Assembly: GCA_027593235.1 (NCBI GenBank)
Contig: JAQCIU010000001.1
Span: 1 to 64,000 of the forward strand
Reading direction: 5' to 3'
From: Chloroflexota bacterium
GTDB lineage: Bacteria; Chloroflexota; Dehalococcoidia; UBA2979
Length of the DNA stretch: 64,000 bases
In this document: positions 17,487 to 26,778 of the stretch, piece after piece
Numbering within the stretch: the stretch's first letter is position 1
How the letters are laid out: every line of letters begins with the position of its first letter
Made by a program: the position numbers and the translations under genes
Notes under the pieces: model-generated
What the model saw: only the letters and a program-made list of their open reading frames with translations
The model's database searches: none
Told to the model about the DNA's origin: nothing

Positions 17487-20213
17487 ATGTCCGATCTGCC
17501 CACCGGGACCGTCACGTTCCTGTTCACGGACATCGAGGGCAGCACCCGGCTCTGGGAAGACGCCGAGGAACCGATGCGAGCCGCGATGGTGCGGCACGAC
17601 GAAATCGTCGATCGCATCGTCGCCGACTGTCACGGTGTCAACGTCAGCCCGCGTGGCGAGGGCGATTCCCGCTTCATCGTCTTCCCCGACGCCACCGAGG
17701 CGGTCACCGCCGCCATCGCGTTGCAGCGCACGTTGCAGGCGGAGATCTGGGACCTCCCGCGCCCGATCAAAGTGCGGATCGCCCTCCATACCGGCATCGC
17801 CGACATGCGTGGCGGCGATTACTACGGCTCTGCCGTCAATCGCTCCGCACGCCTCCGCAGCCTCGCCCACGGAGGGCAGACGGTAATCTCCGGCTCCACC
17901 CATGAGCTGGTGCAGGACTCGCTTCCTCCCGGCATCAGCCTGCGTGACATGGGGCTCCACGGCCTCAAGGACCTCACCCGACCGGAGCATGTCTTCCAGG
18001 TCAACGAAGAGGGACTCCCGGCCGACTTCCCGCCGCTCAAGTCTCTGGACGTCCTTCGTCACAACCTCCCAACGCAGCTCAACGAGCTGATCGGCCGCGA
18101 ACGCGAAGGCGCCGAGCTGGCCGAGCTGCTGCATCGCGAACGGTTCGTCACCATCCTCGCCCCCGGTGGCACCGGTAAGACCCGACTGGCCGTCGATGTT
18201 GCCGCCGAGGTCGCCGACGCATTCCCGGACGGCGTGTTCATGGTGCCCCTCGCCCCCATCACCAACTCCGACTCCGTGCCGCAGGCGGTCGCCGAGGCGA
18301 TCGACATCTCGCTCTCCTCGGACGCTGACATGCAGGAGCAGCTCCTCGACTACCTCCGCGCCAAGCAACAGCTCCTCGTACTCGACAACTTCGAGCACCT
18401 CACCGCCGCCGCCACGCTCGTCCCGGCGATCCTCGCGGCAGCGCCGGGCGTCCGCGTGCTCGCTACCTCCCGCACCCGCCTCAACGTCAGCTCGGAGGTG
18501 GTGTACCCGCTCGGCGGGCTCGGTACGGACGGGGCCACCGATCTGCTCGACACGGACGCGGCGCGCCTCTTCGTCACCGAAGCGACCCGTGCCAATCCCG
18601 CCTTTCGGCTCGAACCAGACGACGAAGCCCCGCTCCGCCAGATCCTCCAGCTCACCCAGGGCACCCCGCTCGCGATCCTCCTTGCCGCCGCCTGGGTGGA
18701 CACGCTCCCGGTCCGCGAGATTGCCGAGGAGATCGCCCGCTCCGTCGACTTCCTCGAGAGCGAACAGGCCGACATGCCGGACCGGCACCGCAGCATGCGC
18801 GCCGTCTTCGACTACTCCTGGGTGATGCTCTCCGACGACGAGCGCCGCCTCTTCTCACAGCTCTCCTTGTTCCGTGGTGGCTTCACCCGTGCCGCTGCTC
18901 GCGCCACCGCCGACGCCTCACCACGCGATCTGGCGCGGCTGGCCAACAAGTCCTTCATCGTCGCCGACCCGTCCAGCGGCCGGTTCGCGGTCCACGAGTT
19001 GCTCCGGCAGTACGGCGAGGAATCGCTGGAAGACGAGCCGGCTCTCCGCGCAGAAACGGTCGAGAAGCACGTCGCGTTCTACGTCGAACGCCTCGAGGAG
19101 GCGGATCGCCTGATCATTGGCGGTGAACAGCCCGACGCCGTCGATCTCGTCGAGGCCGACCTCGATAACATCCGCGCCGCCTGGAGCGTCGCCGTAGAGG
19201 CCGGAGGCGCGGATTTCAGCACCCGCGCGGCCTTCGCGCTCTGGTTCATCTACGAGGTCCATGGCTGGCACCTCCCGGGCTCACAACTCTTCGGCGCCGC
19301 CGCCGCCGCGCTTGCGAATTCCGCTGACGCCCCGTTGCCACTGCGAGCCTTCTGCCTTGCCGGTCAGAGCTGGTTTGTTGGCCTGACCGGCGACCCCGCA
19401 CGCGGACGCGAGTACGGCGACCAGTCACTCGCCATCCTGGAATCCCTCGCTCCTTCCCACGTCAACTTCTTCGCCATCTCCTGTCGCAACATCAACCTGC
19501 TCTACGCCGGTGCGATGGAGGAAATGTTCGCCACCAACGCGGCGGCCATCGAGACCGCTCATGGCATCGGCGACGACTGGTGGAGCAACCTCATGCGGGA
19601 CTGGACGTCTCACGCGCTCCTTGGCCTCGGCCGTTTCGCCGAGGCCCAGACGGTCGCGGCTCAGGCGCAGGCCTTCTGGGAACAGACGGGCGACCACTGG
19701 GGCATGATCTGGTCCCTCGAAGCCCTCGCCGGTTCCGCTCGTGCCGAGGGACGCCTGGGCGAGGCCGGCGAGCTGTACCGCCGCTTGCTCCAGGTCAACC
19801 AGGAGCTTGGCTTCCGGCGCGGCATGCTCCACACCGTCAACAACCTCGGCATCACGTCGCTCGCCGCTGGCGATCCGGCCGCCGCCGAGGGCTACCTCAT
19901 CGACGGCCTTCGGATCAGCACCGAGGTTGGGCAGATCCAGGAATCGCTCGCCGCGCTCTGCGATATCGCCGACGCCAGGACGAAGCAGGGCGATCCTCAG
20001 CGCGCCCTGGAGCTCCTGGCCGCCGTGATCGCCCACCCCGCCAGCGAGCAACACCAGCGCTACAACCCCCGGTCGATCCGCGAGATCGCCGAGGACGAGC
20101 GGGCACGCCTGATCGAAGCTGGCGCCGTCGTCGATCCGGCAACACCCGCGCGTCCGTTCGAGGCCGTCGTCGCCTCGCTCCTCGAGGGCAGCAAGGCGAT
20201 CGCTACCGCCTAG
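17487..20213 (+). CDS. Class III adenylate/guanylate cyclase + NB-ARC-type ATPase + TPR (STAND-like) protein
   Basis: FLFTDIEGST, EGDS, YYGSAVNRSARL; HNLP; Walker A PGGTGKT; Walker B LVLDNFEH; helical C-terminus. Confidence 0.9.
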   Translation: MSDLPTGTVTFLFTDIEGSTRLWEDAEEPMRAAMVRHDEIVDRIVADCHGVNVSPRGEGDSRFIVFPDATEAVTAAIALQRTLQAEIWDLPRPIKVRIALHTGIADMRGGDYYGSAVNRSARLRSLAHGGQTVISGSTHELVQDSLPPGISLRDMGLHGLKDLTRPEHVFQVNEEGLPADFPPLKSLDVLRHNLPTQLNELIGREREGAELAELLHRERFVTILAPGGTGKTRLAVDVAAEVADAFPDGVFMVPLAPITNSDSVPQAVAEAIDISLSSDADMQEQLLDYLRAKQQLLVLDNFEHLTAAATLVPAILAAAPGVRVLATSRTRLNVSSEVVYPLGGLGTDGATDLLDTDAARLFVTEATRANPAFRLEPDDEAPLRQILQLTQGTPLAILLAAAWVDTLPVREIAEEIARSVDFLESEQADMPDRHRSMRAVFDYSWVMLSDDERRLFSQLSLFRGGFTRAAARATADASPRDLARLANKSFIVADPSSGRFAVHELLRQYGEESLEDEPALRAETVEKHVAFYVERLEEADRLIIGGEQPDAVDLVEADLDNIRAAWSVAVEAGGADFSTRAAFALWFIYEVHGWHLPGSQLFGAAAAALANSADAPLPLRAFCLAGQSWFVGLTGDPARGREYGDQSLAILESLAPSHVNFFAISCRNINLLYAGAMEEMFATNAAAIETAHGIGDDWWSNLMRDWTSHALLGLGRFAEAQTVAAQAQAFWEQTGDHWGMIWSLEALAGSARAEGRLGEAGELYRRLLQVNQELGFRRGMLHTVNNLGITSLAAGDPAAAEGYLIDGLRISTEVGQIQESLAALCDIADARTKQGDPQRALELLAAVIAHPASEQHQRYNPRSIREIAEDERARLIEAGAVVDPATPARPFEAVVASLLEGSKAIATA

Positions 20214-20272
20214 TCACGCCGACGAACGGCCGCGATTCGCTACCCTCCGCGTCGAACCCGAGGAGGCGCCCG

Positions 20273-20842
20273 ATGCCCGACTTGATCCGCTGCGCCTGGA
20301 CCGGCGAGGACGACGAGCTGATGCTCGCGTACCACGACACCGAGTGGGGGACGCCGCTCCACGACGACCGCGCACTCTTCGAGCTGCTGACCCTCGAGGG
20401 CGCGCAGGCCGGCCGCTCCTGGCGCACCGTGCTCCACCGCCGCGAGGGCTACCGCCGGGTCTTCGAGGGCTTCGATCTCCCGAGGCTGGCCGCCTGGACC
20501 GACGCCGATCAGGCACGCGCTCTGCAGGACGTGGGGATCATCCGCAACCGCGCGAAGGTCGCGGCCACCGTCGGCAACGCCCAGGCCGCGCTCGCCGCCA
20601 TCGAGGAGCACGGGTCGCTCGACGCCTACCTCTGGTCCTTCGCCGGCGGCGTCTCCACGGTGAACGGGTTCACCTCGATGTCCGAGCTGCCCGCCGAGAC
20701 AGACGTGTCGAAGGCCATGTCGAAGGCGCTCAAGAAGGCCGGCTTCCGCTTCGTCGGCCCGACCATCTGCTACGCCTTCATGGAGGCGACGGGCATGGTC
20801 AACGACCACACCACCGATTGCTTCCGCTACAACCAGGTCTGA
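20273..20842 (+). CDS. tag: DNA-3-methyladenine glycosylase I
   Basis: RCAW, YHDTEWG, LEGAQAG.SW, IIRNRAK, FVGPTICYAFM, NDH...C. Confidence 0.93.
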   Translation: MPDLIRCAWTGEDDELMLAYHDTEWGTPLHDDRALFELLTLEGAQAGRSWRTVLHRREGYRRVFEGFDLPRLAAWTDADQARALQDVGIIRNRAKVAATVGNAQAALAAIEEHGSLDAYLWSFAGGVSTVNGFTSMSELPAETDVSKAMSKALKKAGFRFVGPTICYAFMEATGMVNDHTTDCFRYNQV

Positions 20843-20898
20843 CCGTCCGCCCAACCGACGCCCGCCCAACCACCGCGCGTCAGATCGAGGAGCCAGCC

Positions 20899-21696
20899 AT
20901 GCCCGACGCGAATACCGAGCGCGCCGCGCGCCACCAGGCGGACGCCTACCTCGGAGGTCGGCCGCTCGACCTGATGGCGCAGGACTTCGCCCCCACAACC
21001 GAAGCCGACGCCTACGAGGCCCAGCGTGGCTTCATCGAACGCCTCGCCGCGACGAAAGGCAGCCTCGGCGGCTACAAGATCGCCTACACCAGCGCCGTGA
21101 TGCGGGAGTCCCGAGGCATCAGCGGGCCCTGTTCGGGCCGGATGTTCGCGGACACGATCGTCAGCGCGCCAGCCAGTCTCCGTGCCGCCGACTTCGTAAG
21201 TCTCGCCATCGAGTGCGAGGTGGCGGTTCGGCTCGCCTCCGACGTTCCGGCGGCCGCTGCGCCCTACACGCGCGCGAGCATCACGCCGCACATCGAAGCG
21301 CTGATGGTCGCGTTCGAGCTGGTCGACCGGCGCGGCGCTCCGCCTCCCGAGGGGGCCGACCCCGCGATCACCGCGATCGTCACGAACATCTCGAACGGCG
21401 GAGCGGTGCTCGGTCCGGCCGTCCGCGACTGGCAGCCGCTCGACCTCGCGAGCGCGCGCGGCACCGTCACGATCAACGGCGCGCTACGCGGCGAAGGCCT
21501 CGGATCTGACGTGATGGGGCATCCCGTCGAGGCGCTGGTCTGGCTCGCCAATGCGCTCGCCGCTCGCGGCGAGTCGTTGTCGGCGGGTGACGTCGTGATC
21601 ACCGGCAGCATCGTGCCGCCGATTCCGCTCGCTGCGGGCGACGTCGCGGTGGTCGCGGTTGATGGTCTTGGAGAGGCGCGAATCGATGTCAGCTAG
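20899..21696 (+). CDS. 2-keto-4-pentenoate hydratase / FAH family protein
   Basis: GYKIAYTS, IECEVAVRL, FELVD, MGHPVEALVWLAN, GDVVITGS. Confidence 0.85.
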   Translation: MPDANTERAARHQADAYLGGRPLDLMAQDFAPTTEADAYEAQRGFIERLAATKGSLGGYKIAYTSAVMRESRGISGPCSGRMFADTIVSAPASLRAADFVSLAIECEVAVRLASDVPAAAAPYTRASITPHIEALMVAFELVDRRGAPPPEGADPAITAIVTNISNGGAVLGPAVRDWQPLDLASARGTVTINGALRGEGLGSDVMGHPVEALVWLANALAARGESLSAGDVVITGSIVPPIPLAAGDVAVVAVDGLGEARIDVS

Positions 21697-22462
21697 CGCT
21701 GGTGAACTCCGCGCCGAGGCCGAGCGGAACTTCGGCGAGCGCATCGCGAACAACCCGTACCCGGGGCGCGGCCTCGTCGTCGGGCGCGCCGCCGAGGGCG
21801 ATGCCTGGCTGCAGGTCTACTGGATCATGGGGCGCAGCGCGCAGAGCCGGAACCGCCGCTTCGTCGTCGAGGGCGCCACGCTCCGCACCGAGCCCGTCGA
21901 CCCCGCCGGCATCGAGGACCCGTCGCTGATCATCTACGAGGCGATGCTCGAACGGCCGGCTGCGAAGCCGACCCAGTACGTCGTCACGAACGGCGATCAG
22001 ACCCGCACCATCCTCGACACCCTCGAGACGGGCGGCACCTTCGAGGCCGCGCTCGAGACCCGCGAGCGGGAGCCGGACGCGCCGAACTACACGCCTCGGA
22101 TTAGCGCACTCCTCGATACTTCCGGCGGGGAAGCGGAGCTGCGGTTGTCGTTCCTGCGCGCGAACCGCGCCGACCCGGCGCGCACCGACCGCTTCACGGC
22201 GCAGTACGCCCCGCCGCCGGCGGGGCTGGGCCTCGGACTGACGACCTACGAGGGCGATGGATCGCCGCTGCCGAGCTTTCGCGGCGAGCCGCTGTGGTTG
22301 CCGCTGACCGACGCGGATGGCGGGGGCGGCGCGGGCGCCGAGGAACTCCTCGATCGGTACTGGGGCGCGCTGGACGCGGACAACCGCGTGTCGCTGGCGG
22401 TGAAGCGGATCGCGGACGCGGGCGGGGCGAGCGCGATCCTCGTCCGCAACCGCCACGGCTGA
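21686..22462 (+). CDS. IMP cyclohydrolase-like protein (PurO-type)
   Basis: NPYPGRGLVVG, YWIMGRSAQSRNR, DPSLIIY, VTNGDQT, EPDAPNYTPRIS. Confidence 0.85.
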   Translation: MSASAGELRAEAERNFGERIANNPYPGRGLVVGRAAEGDAWLQVYWIMGRSAQSRNRRFVVEGATLRTEPVDPAGIEDPSLIIYEAMLERPAAKPTQYVVTNGDQTRTILDTLETGGTFEAALETREREPDAPNYTPRISALLDTSGGEAELRLSFLRANRADPARTDRFTAQYAPPPAGLGLGLTTYEGDGSPLPSFRGEPLWLPLTDADGGGGAGAEELLDRYWGALDADNRVSLAVKRIADAGGASAILVRNRHG

Positions 22463-22507
22463 GGCGGCGGGCGGGCGCGCTGCGTGCGGGCGCCCGCCGG
22501 GCTCGGC

Positions 22508-22774
22508 TTAGCCGTCCCCGTGGCCCAGGTCCTCCATCACCTGGAGGTAGCGCTCCCGATCGATCTCGCCGCGGGCGTAGGCGCGGCGCGCGATCTCGCG
22601 TGCGTCGGGCTCCGCCGTCGGGCGGTGCTGGGAGCTTCGATCGTCCCTGTGAGGCCGTCCGAATTCCCGCATCGCCCAGACGAAGATCAGGAGCAGCGGT
22701 ACCCAGACGATTGCCATCATCAGACCCATCCAGAGCACTCCCCAGCCATCAGCTCCGTCGTGCCAGGTCCACAT
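22508..22774 (-). CDS. SHOCT-domain membrane protein
   Basis: N-terminal TM helix; AREIARRAYARGEIDRERY. Confidence 0.85.
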   Translation of the reverse strand: MWTWHDGADGWGVLWMGLMMAIVWVPLLLIFVWAMREFGRPHRDDRSSQHRPTAEPDAREIARRAYARGEIDRERYLQVMEDLGHGDG

Positions 22775-22808
22775 CGTCTTGCTCCTCGGCGGCCGTGTAT
22801 GGCCGCAG

Positions 22809-23288
22809 CTACTGAACGGTCATTGCGGTGTGCATGCCCGCCTCGTAGTGGCCGGGGAGATACCAGGCGAGTTCCAGCTCACCCTCGGCGTAGGGGCGGT
22901 CGAAGGTGATGTCGAACTCGTGCATCTGACCGGCCACCAGGTCGTCTTCCTCGATGACGGCTATGGCCATCTCGTCCATCTCCTCCATCGACATCATTCC
23001 GGGTTCCATCGGCTGCACGATCATCAGCTCGTGCGGCACGACTCCGTCGTTCTTGACCACGAAGTGGTACGGGACCCCAGCCTGGAATGCGGTCATCGAG
23101 GATTCGATGCCGAACTCCGTCACGGTGACGTTCACGGTCCGTGTCTCGGCGTTTGTCGCGGCCTCGGTGGCCGCCGTGGTCGCCGCCGGGGTCGAGCTTT
23201 CGCTGTCGCTGCATGCCGCCGTCAGTCCGACGAGCGCGACCAGCGCAAGCGCCAGGCCGACCACCGGCAGTCGTCCGTTGATCCTCAT
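22809..23288 (-). CDS. Cupredoxin-like copper-binding lipoprotein
   Basis: Lipobox AAC; NDGVVPHELMI; Met-rich loop; xLPGHYEAGM, with the canonical Cys replaced by Trp. Confidence 0.75.
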   Translation of the reverse strand: MRINGRLPVVGLALALVALVGLTAACSDSESSTPAATTAATEAATNAETRTVNVTVTEFGIESSMTAFQAGVPYHFVVKNDGVVPHELMIVQPMEPGMMSMEEMDEMAIAVIEEDDLVAGQMHEFDITFDRPYAEGELELAWYLPGHYEAGMHTAMTVQ

Positions 23289-23354
23289 CGCCCACCAGTC
23301 CATTCTCCACGTCTGTTCATGTGCAAAGTGTCTCGGTGGGCGGGGCTCGGTACG

Positions 23355-23372
23355 ACTACCCGATGGTGTAGT
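23355..23372. promoter_or_regulatory. Inverted repeat upstream of the cupredoxin gene; candidate response-regulator site
   Basis: ACTAC-N8-GTAGT between the NarL-type regulator gene and the cupredoxin gene. Confidence 0.35.
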
Positions 23373-23420
23373 TCGGCTGCCATCACAACGAAAGAGGACC
23401 GGCGATAGCCGGCCCGGATG

Positions 23421-24062
23421 CTATCGAGGCGGCGGCTGGTGCTCCGCCACCCAGCGGGCGACCTCAGTGCGGTTGCGCAGGTGGAGCTTGTCGAGGATGC
23501 CGCGCATGTGGAACTTCACCGTGTTCTCGCTGATCGCGAGGCGGTCGGCGATTTCGCGGTTGGTGTGACCAGCGGCGACGAACCGCAGCACCTCCTGTTC
23601 GCGATCGGTCAGCGCATCTTCGGCGGACGGGGGCTCCGGCTCACCTCGGGCCTGTCCGAACTCCTCCCAGAGCTGGCGTGCCAGCCGAGGCGGGATTACC
23701 GACTCGCCGTGTTCGACGGCATCGAGGGCTTCGAAGAACTCTTCGGCCTCGAGGTCCTTCAGCAGGTAGCCGTGGGCGCCGCTCTTCACCGCGTCGACGA
23801 GGTCCTGCTCGTCGTCGGAGACGGTGAGGATCACCACCTTGATGTGGGGGAACTCGGTCTTCAGCAGGCGGGTCGCGTTCAGGCCGTCGAGCACCGGCAT
23901 CCGCAGGTCCATCAGCACGAGGTCCGGGCGGGCGCGTCGCACGACCTCGAGGGCTTCCTGGCCGTCACCGGCCTCCCCGGTGACGTCGTGGCCGCGGGCA
24001 CGCAGGAGGCTGGCGATGCCGTTGCGGACCAGCGGCTGATCGTCGACGAGCACGATGCGCAT
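23421..24062 (-). CDS. NarL/LuxR-family response regulator
   Basis: VLVDD, LMDLRMP, GYLLK, LTDREQEVL...NREIA...TVKFH. Confidence 0.95.
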   Translation of the reverse strand: MRIVLVDDQPLVRNGIASLLRARGHDVTGEAGDGQEALEVVRRARPDLVLMDLRMPVLDGLNATRLLKTEFPHIKVVILTVSDDEQDLVDAVKSGAHGYLLKDLEAEEFFEALDAVEHGESVIPPRLARQLWEEFGQARGEPEPPSAEDALTDREQEVLRFVAAGHTNREIADRLAISENTVKFHMRGILDKLHLRNRTEVARWVAEHQPPPR

Positions 24063-25411
24063 CAATGCACCTCGTGGATTGCGGTGCGGACCGGGATGGG
24101 GATGCGCACGCGGACGGTGGTTCCGCAGCCGGGAGCGCTCTCGACGCGCAGCGTCCCGCCGACGGCGCTCGCGCGCTCGGCCATCGTCTGCAGGCCGAAG
24201 TGTGGCCTTCCGTCGCTCGCGCGGGCGCTGGGTGCGAAGCCGCGTCCGTCGTCCTCGATGCTCAGAGCGAAGGCGTCCGACGCCACCGAGGCACGGATGC
24301 TCACCCGCGCCGCCGCGGCGTGCCGGCGCACGTTGGCCAGCGCCTCCTGCACGATCCGGAGCAACTGCACCTCGGCGCTCGGTGGCATCTGTAGCGCGCC
24401 CGGCTCGACGTCCCAGTCGAGGTCGATGCGCAGACCGGCGGACTCCCCGAACTCGGTCGCGTAGCCGCTGATCAGCTCGTCGAGCGTTCGCCCGGCAACC
24501 TTGATCCGGAGCGCGCCGATGCCTTCGCGGATGTCGGCGTAGACCTCGCGGGCGGCGGCGGACAGCTCGGCCATCTGCTGGCGCGCGGCGGTCACGTCGT
24601 CATTGCGGAGGTACAGCTCGACCGCCTGCGCCTTCGTGTTCACGAACGCCAGCACCTGCGCCAGGCTGTCGTGCATCTCGCGCGCGAGCGTCTGCCGCTC
24701 GCTCTCGATCGCGAGTGCGCGCACCTGGTCGTAGAGCCGGTCGTTCTCCACCACCATCGCCGCGTGGGTGGCGAACATCCGCGCCACTTCCTGCTCGATC
24801 GCTGCGAACGGCTCCCCATCGCCCCGGCGCGCGAGGTGCAGTGTTCCGATCGAGGTGCCCAGGTGCGTCAGCGGCAGCGACAGCAGCCGGCCACCGTCGC
24901 GAGGGAGCGCCGCCAGATCGCTCCCGGCCCGCATCGCGGCGTCGAGCGCGCAGCAGTGCGGGCGCTCGGAACGCTCCGGGTAGACGAGGACGCGCCGGTC
25001 CTCGGGGGTGTCGCCGAGCACGAGGACGGCGTGGCACGCAGCCGCCAGTTGCGTTCCCAGTTCCACGATCCAGCGCAACGCTTCCTCGACGCGGGTCTCT
25101 TGCATCAGCGCGAGGTTGGCCCCGTGGAGCAGCATGAGCTGCTGGTTGTGGCGCTGCGTCTGCACGGACAGCGTCTCCACTTCGTGCTGGAGCGAACGCA
25201 CCGCGCCGAACACCGAGTGTGTGAAGACCCACAACGCGCCGCCAAGGACCGCAGTCAGCAGCAACACCCCCGGCCAGCGATGGAAGATCGGGTGTACGGG
25301 ACCGAGCACGAGCAAGTACACGGTGCCGAGGAAGAGGATCGGCGCGACGACGGCGACCAGCTCAAGCTGGCGGAGGCTCAGTCGCCCGAACAGCATGGAC
25401 CGCGAGGACAT
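24062..25411 (-). CDS. Sensor histidine kinase (2 TM, GAF, HisKA_3, HATPase)
   Basis: ERQTLAREMHDSLAQ, QEALANVRRHA, DDGRGF, FGLQTMAERA. Confidence 0.95.
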   Translation of the reverse strand: MSSRSMLFGRLSLRQLELVAVVAPILFLGTVYLLVLGPVHPIFHRWPGVLLLTAVLGGALWVFTHSVFGAVRSLQHEVETLSVQTQRHNQQLMLLHGANLALMQETRVEEALRWIVELGTQLAAACHAVLVLGDTPEDRRVLVYPERSERPHCCALDAAMRAGSDLAALPRDGGRLLSLPLTHLGTSIGTLHLARRGDGEPFAAIEQEVARMFATHAAMVVENDRLYDQVRALAIESERQTLAREMHDSLAQVLAFVNTKAQAVELYLRNDDVTAARQQMAELSAAAREVYADIREGIGALRIKVAGRTLDELISGYATEFGESAGLRIDLDWDVEPGALQMPPSAEVQLLRIVQEALANVRRHAAAARVSIRASVASDAFALSIEDDGRGFAPSARASDGRPHFGLQTMAERASAVGGTLRVESAPGCGTTVRVRIPIPVRTAIHEVH

Positions 25412-25536
25412 CCGCCCCTCCGGGTGATCGAGCGCCGAGGCCGCGCATGACCTCGAGCTACGCGTCCGCGTACAGCCTCGAAGCTACCGCGCGTCAGCGG
25501 GCCCGACACCTACCCGGAAGGATGGACGCGAGCGGC

Positions 25537-25983
25537 CTAGCTGCTGGCGAGCGACTGGAAACTGATGGTGTCGCCGTCGATGTCACCGAGGAGCTGGATG
25601 TGGTCCTCGCTCCATGAGACGTCGCCCTCGGTGGTCAAGTCGTAGAAGGTCGCGAGGTCGGGACCGTCGACGATCAGCGAGGCACCGCCGCACTGGGGCG
25701 GGAACGACTCCGCGAGCAGCTCGCAGAGGCGGGCGCCCTCGGGGGTGATGACGAGGAAGCCGTTGACGAGGAGCGCGCCGTCGAGGCTGGAGTCCAGGGC
25801 CTCGGTGACGGAGATGCCGGGCCCCATCGCCGTGGGGAATGTGCCGGCTGCGCCACCGCCATCGGCGGTGGCGGTCGGGATCGGCGTCGAGGTCGCGGTC
25901 GGTTCGTCGGAATCGCTATCCGAGCAGGCGGCCGCGCCGATGGCGGTAACAGTCATCAGTACCAGCAGCGTTCGTTTCAGCAT
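25537..25983 (-). CDS. Hypothetical lipoprotein
   Basis: Lipobox AAAC; RLCELLAESFPPQCGG motif; RBS present. Confidence 0.7.
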   Translation of the reverse strand: MLKRTLLVLMTVTAIGAAACSDSDSDEPTATSTPIPTATADGGGAAGTFPTAMGPGISVTEALDSSLDGALLVNGFLVITPEGARLCELLAESFPPQCGGASLIVDGPDLATFYDLTTEGDVSWSEDHIQLLGDIDGDTISFQSLASS

Positions 25984-26163
25984 GAACAGGTCTCCCTGGG
26001 GTTGTTTGTCGTTACTCGTACTCAACGGTCGATCGGGGCCGCTGGTTCCCGCGGCGAGACCGGATCCCGTCATTGAGCTGACGCGTCACACTGTCATTTC
26101 TCACAGCGGGGCGGGCGCAGAGAAGGGCGCCCCGCTCATGTGGTGTGGACTGCGGGTGCGGCG

Positions 26164-26613
26164 CTAGTTGATCTCGAAGGGAATGGTCGCTTCGGCGCGA
26201 CTATCGTTCAGCTCGTCGACCACCTCGACGTGAAGCTCCATCTTGCCCTGACAGTCGTTCGGAATCGATACGTCCCTGGCCCGCGCCACGTAGCTGGGCG
26301 TGTTCGCGGGCAGCTCCACGCTGACCGCGTTAGCGGGGACCGCTTCACCAGGCGTCCCGAATCCTGACAGATCGCACGGTCCCGAGGCGGTGACGGAGGA
26401 GCGATAGCGCGCCGTGCCGCCGGTCAGGTTCTCCTGAAGGACCTCGTAGAGCCGCGCGGTGTCTCCCCGGTGGACGACCTCCAACACCCGGAAGGTGATT
26501 GAGGCTTCTCCACCATCCTCGGTTGAAATGGAGAGCTCGACTTCGTTGTGGCCGGGGGCCGAGCAGGCTGCAGCCACGCTCAGCACGAACGCCATCAGGA
26601 TCAGTCGTTTCAT
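26164..26613 (-). CDS. Hypothetical lipoprotein
   Basis: MKRLILMAFVLSVAAAC lipoprotein signal. Confidence 0.6.
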   Translation of the reverse strand: MKRLILMAFVLSVAAACSAPGHNEVELSISTEDGGEASITFRVLEVVHRGDTARLYEVLQENLTGGTARYRSSVTASGPCDLSGFGTPGEAVPANAVSVELPANTPSYVARARDVSIPNDCQGKMELHVEVVDELNDSRAEATIPFEIN

Positions 26614-26778
26614 TCTCTGCGGCTTTCGATTCGCGGCGGGTAGCTCAGGCCTCGACGATTGAGTGAACACTGAAGGCCCGCTTCAGTCTCATCAGCCCGG
26701 CTGTCTTCGCTCGTCGCGCGCTAGTCTGACGCCACGACATCCGAGGGCACACGAGGGCGCAGAGAAGCGGGGCGAGAT

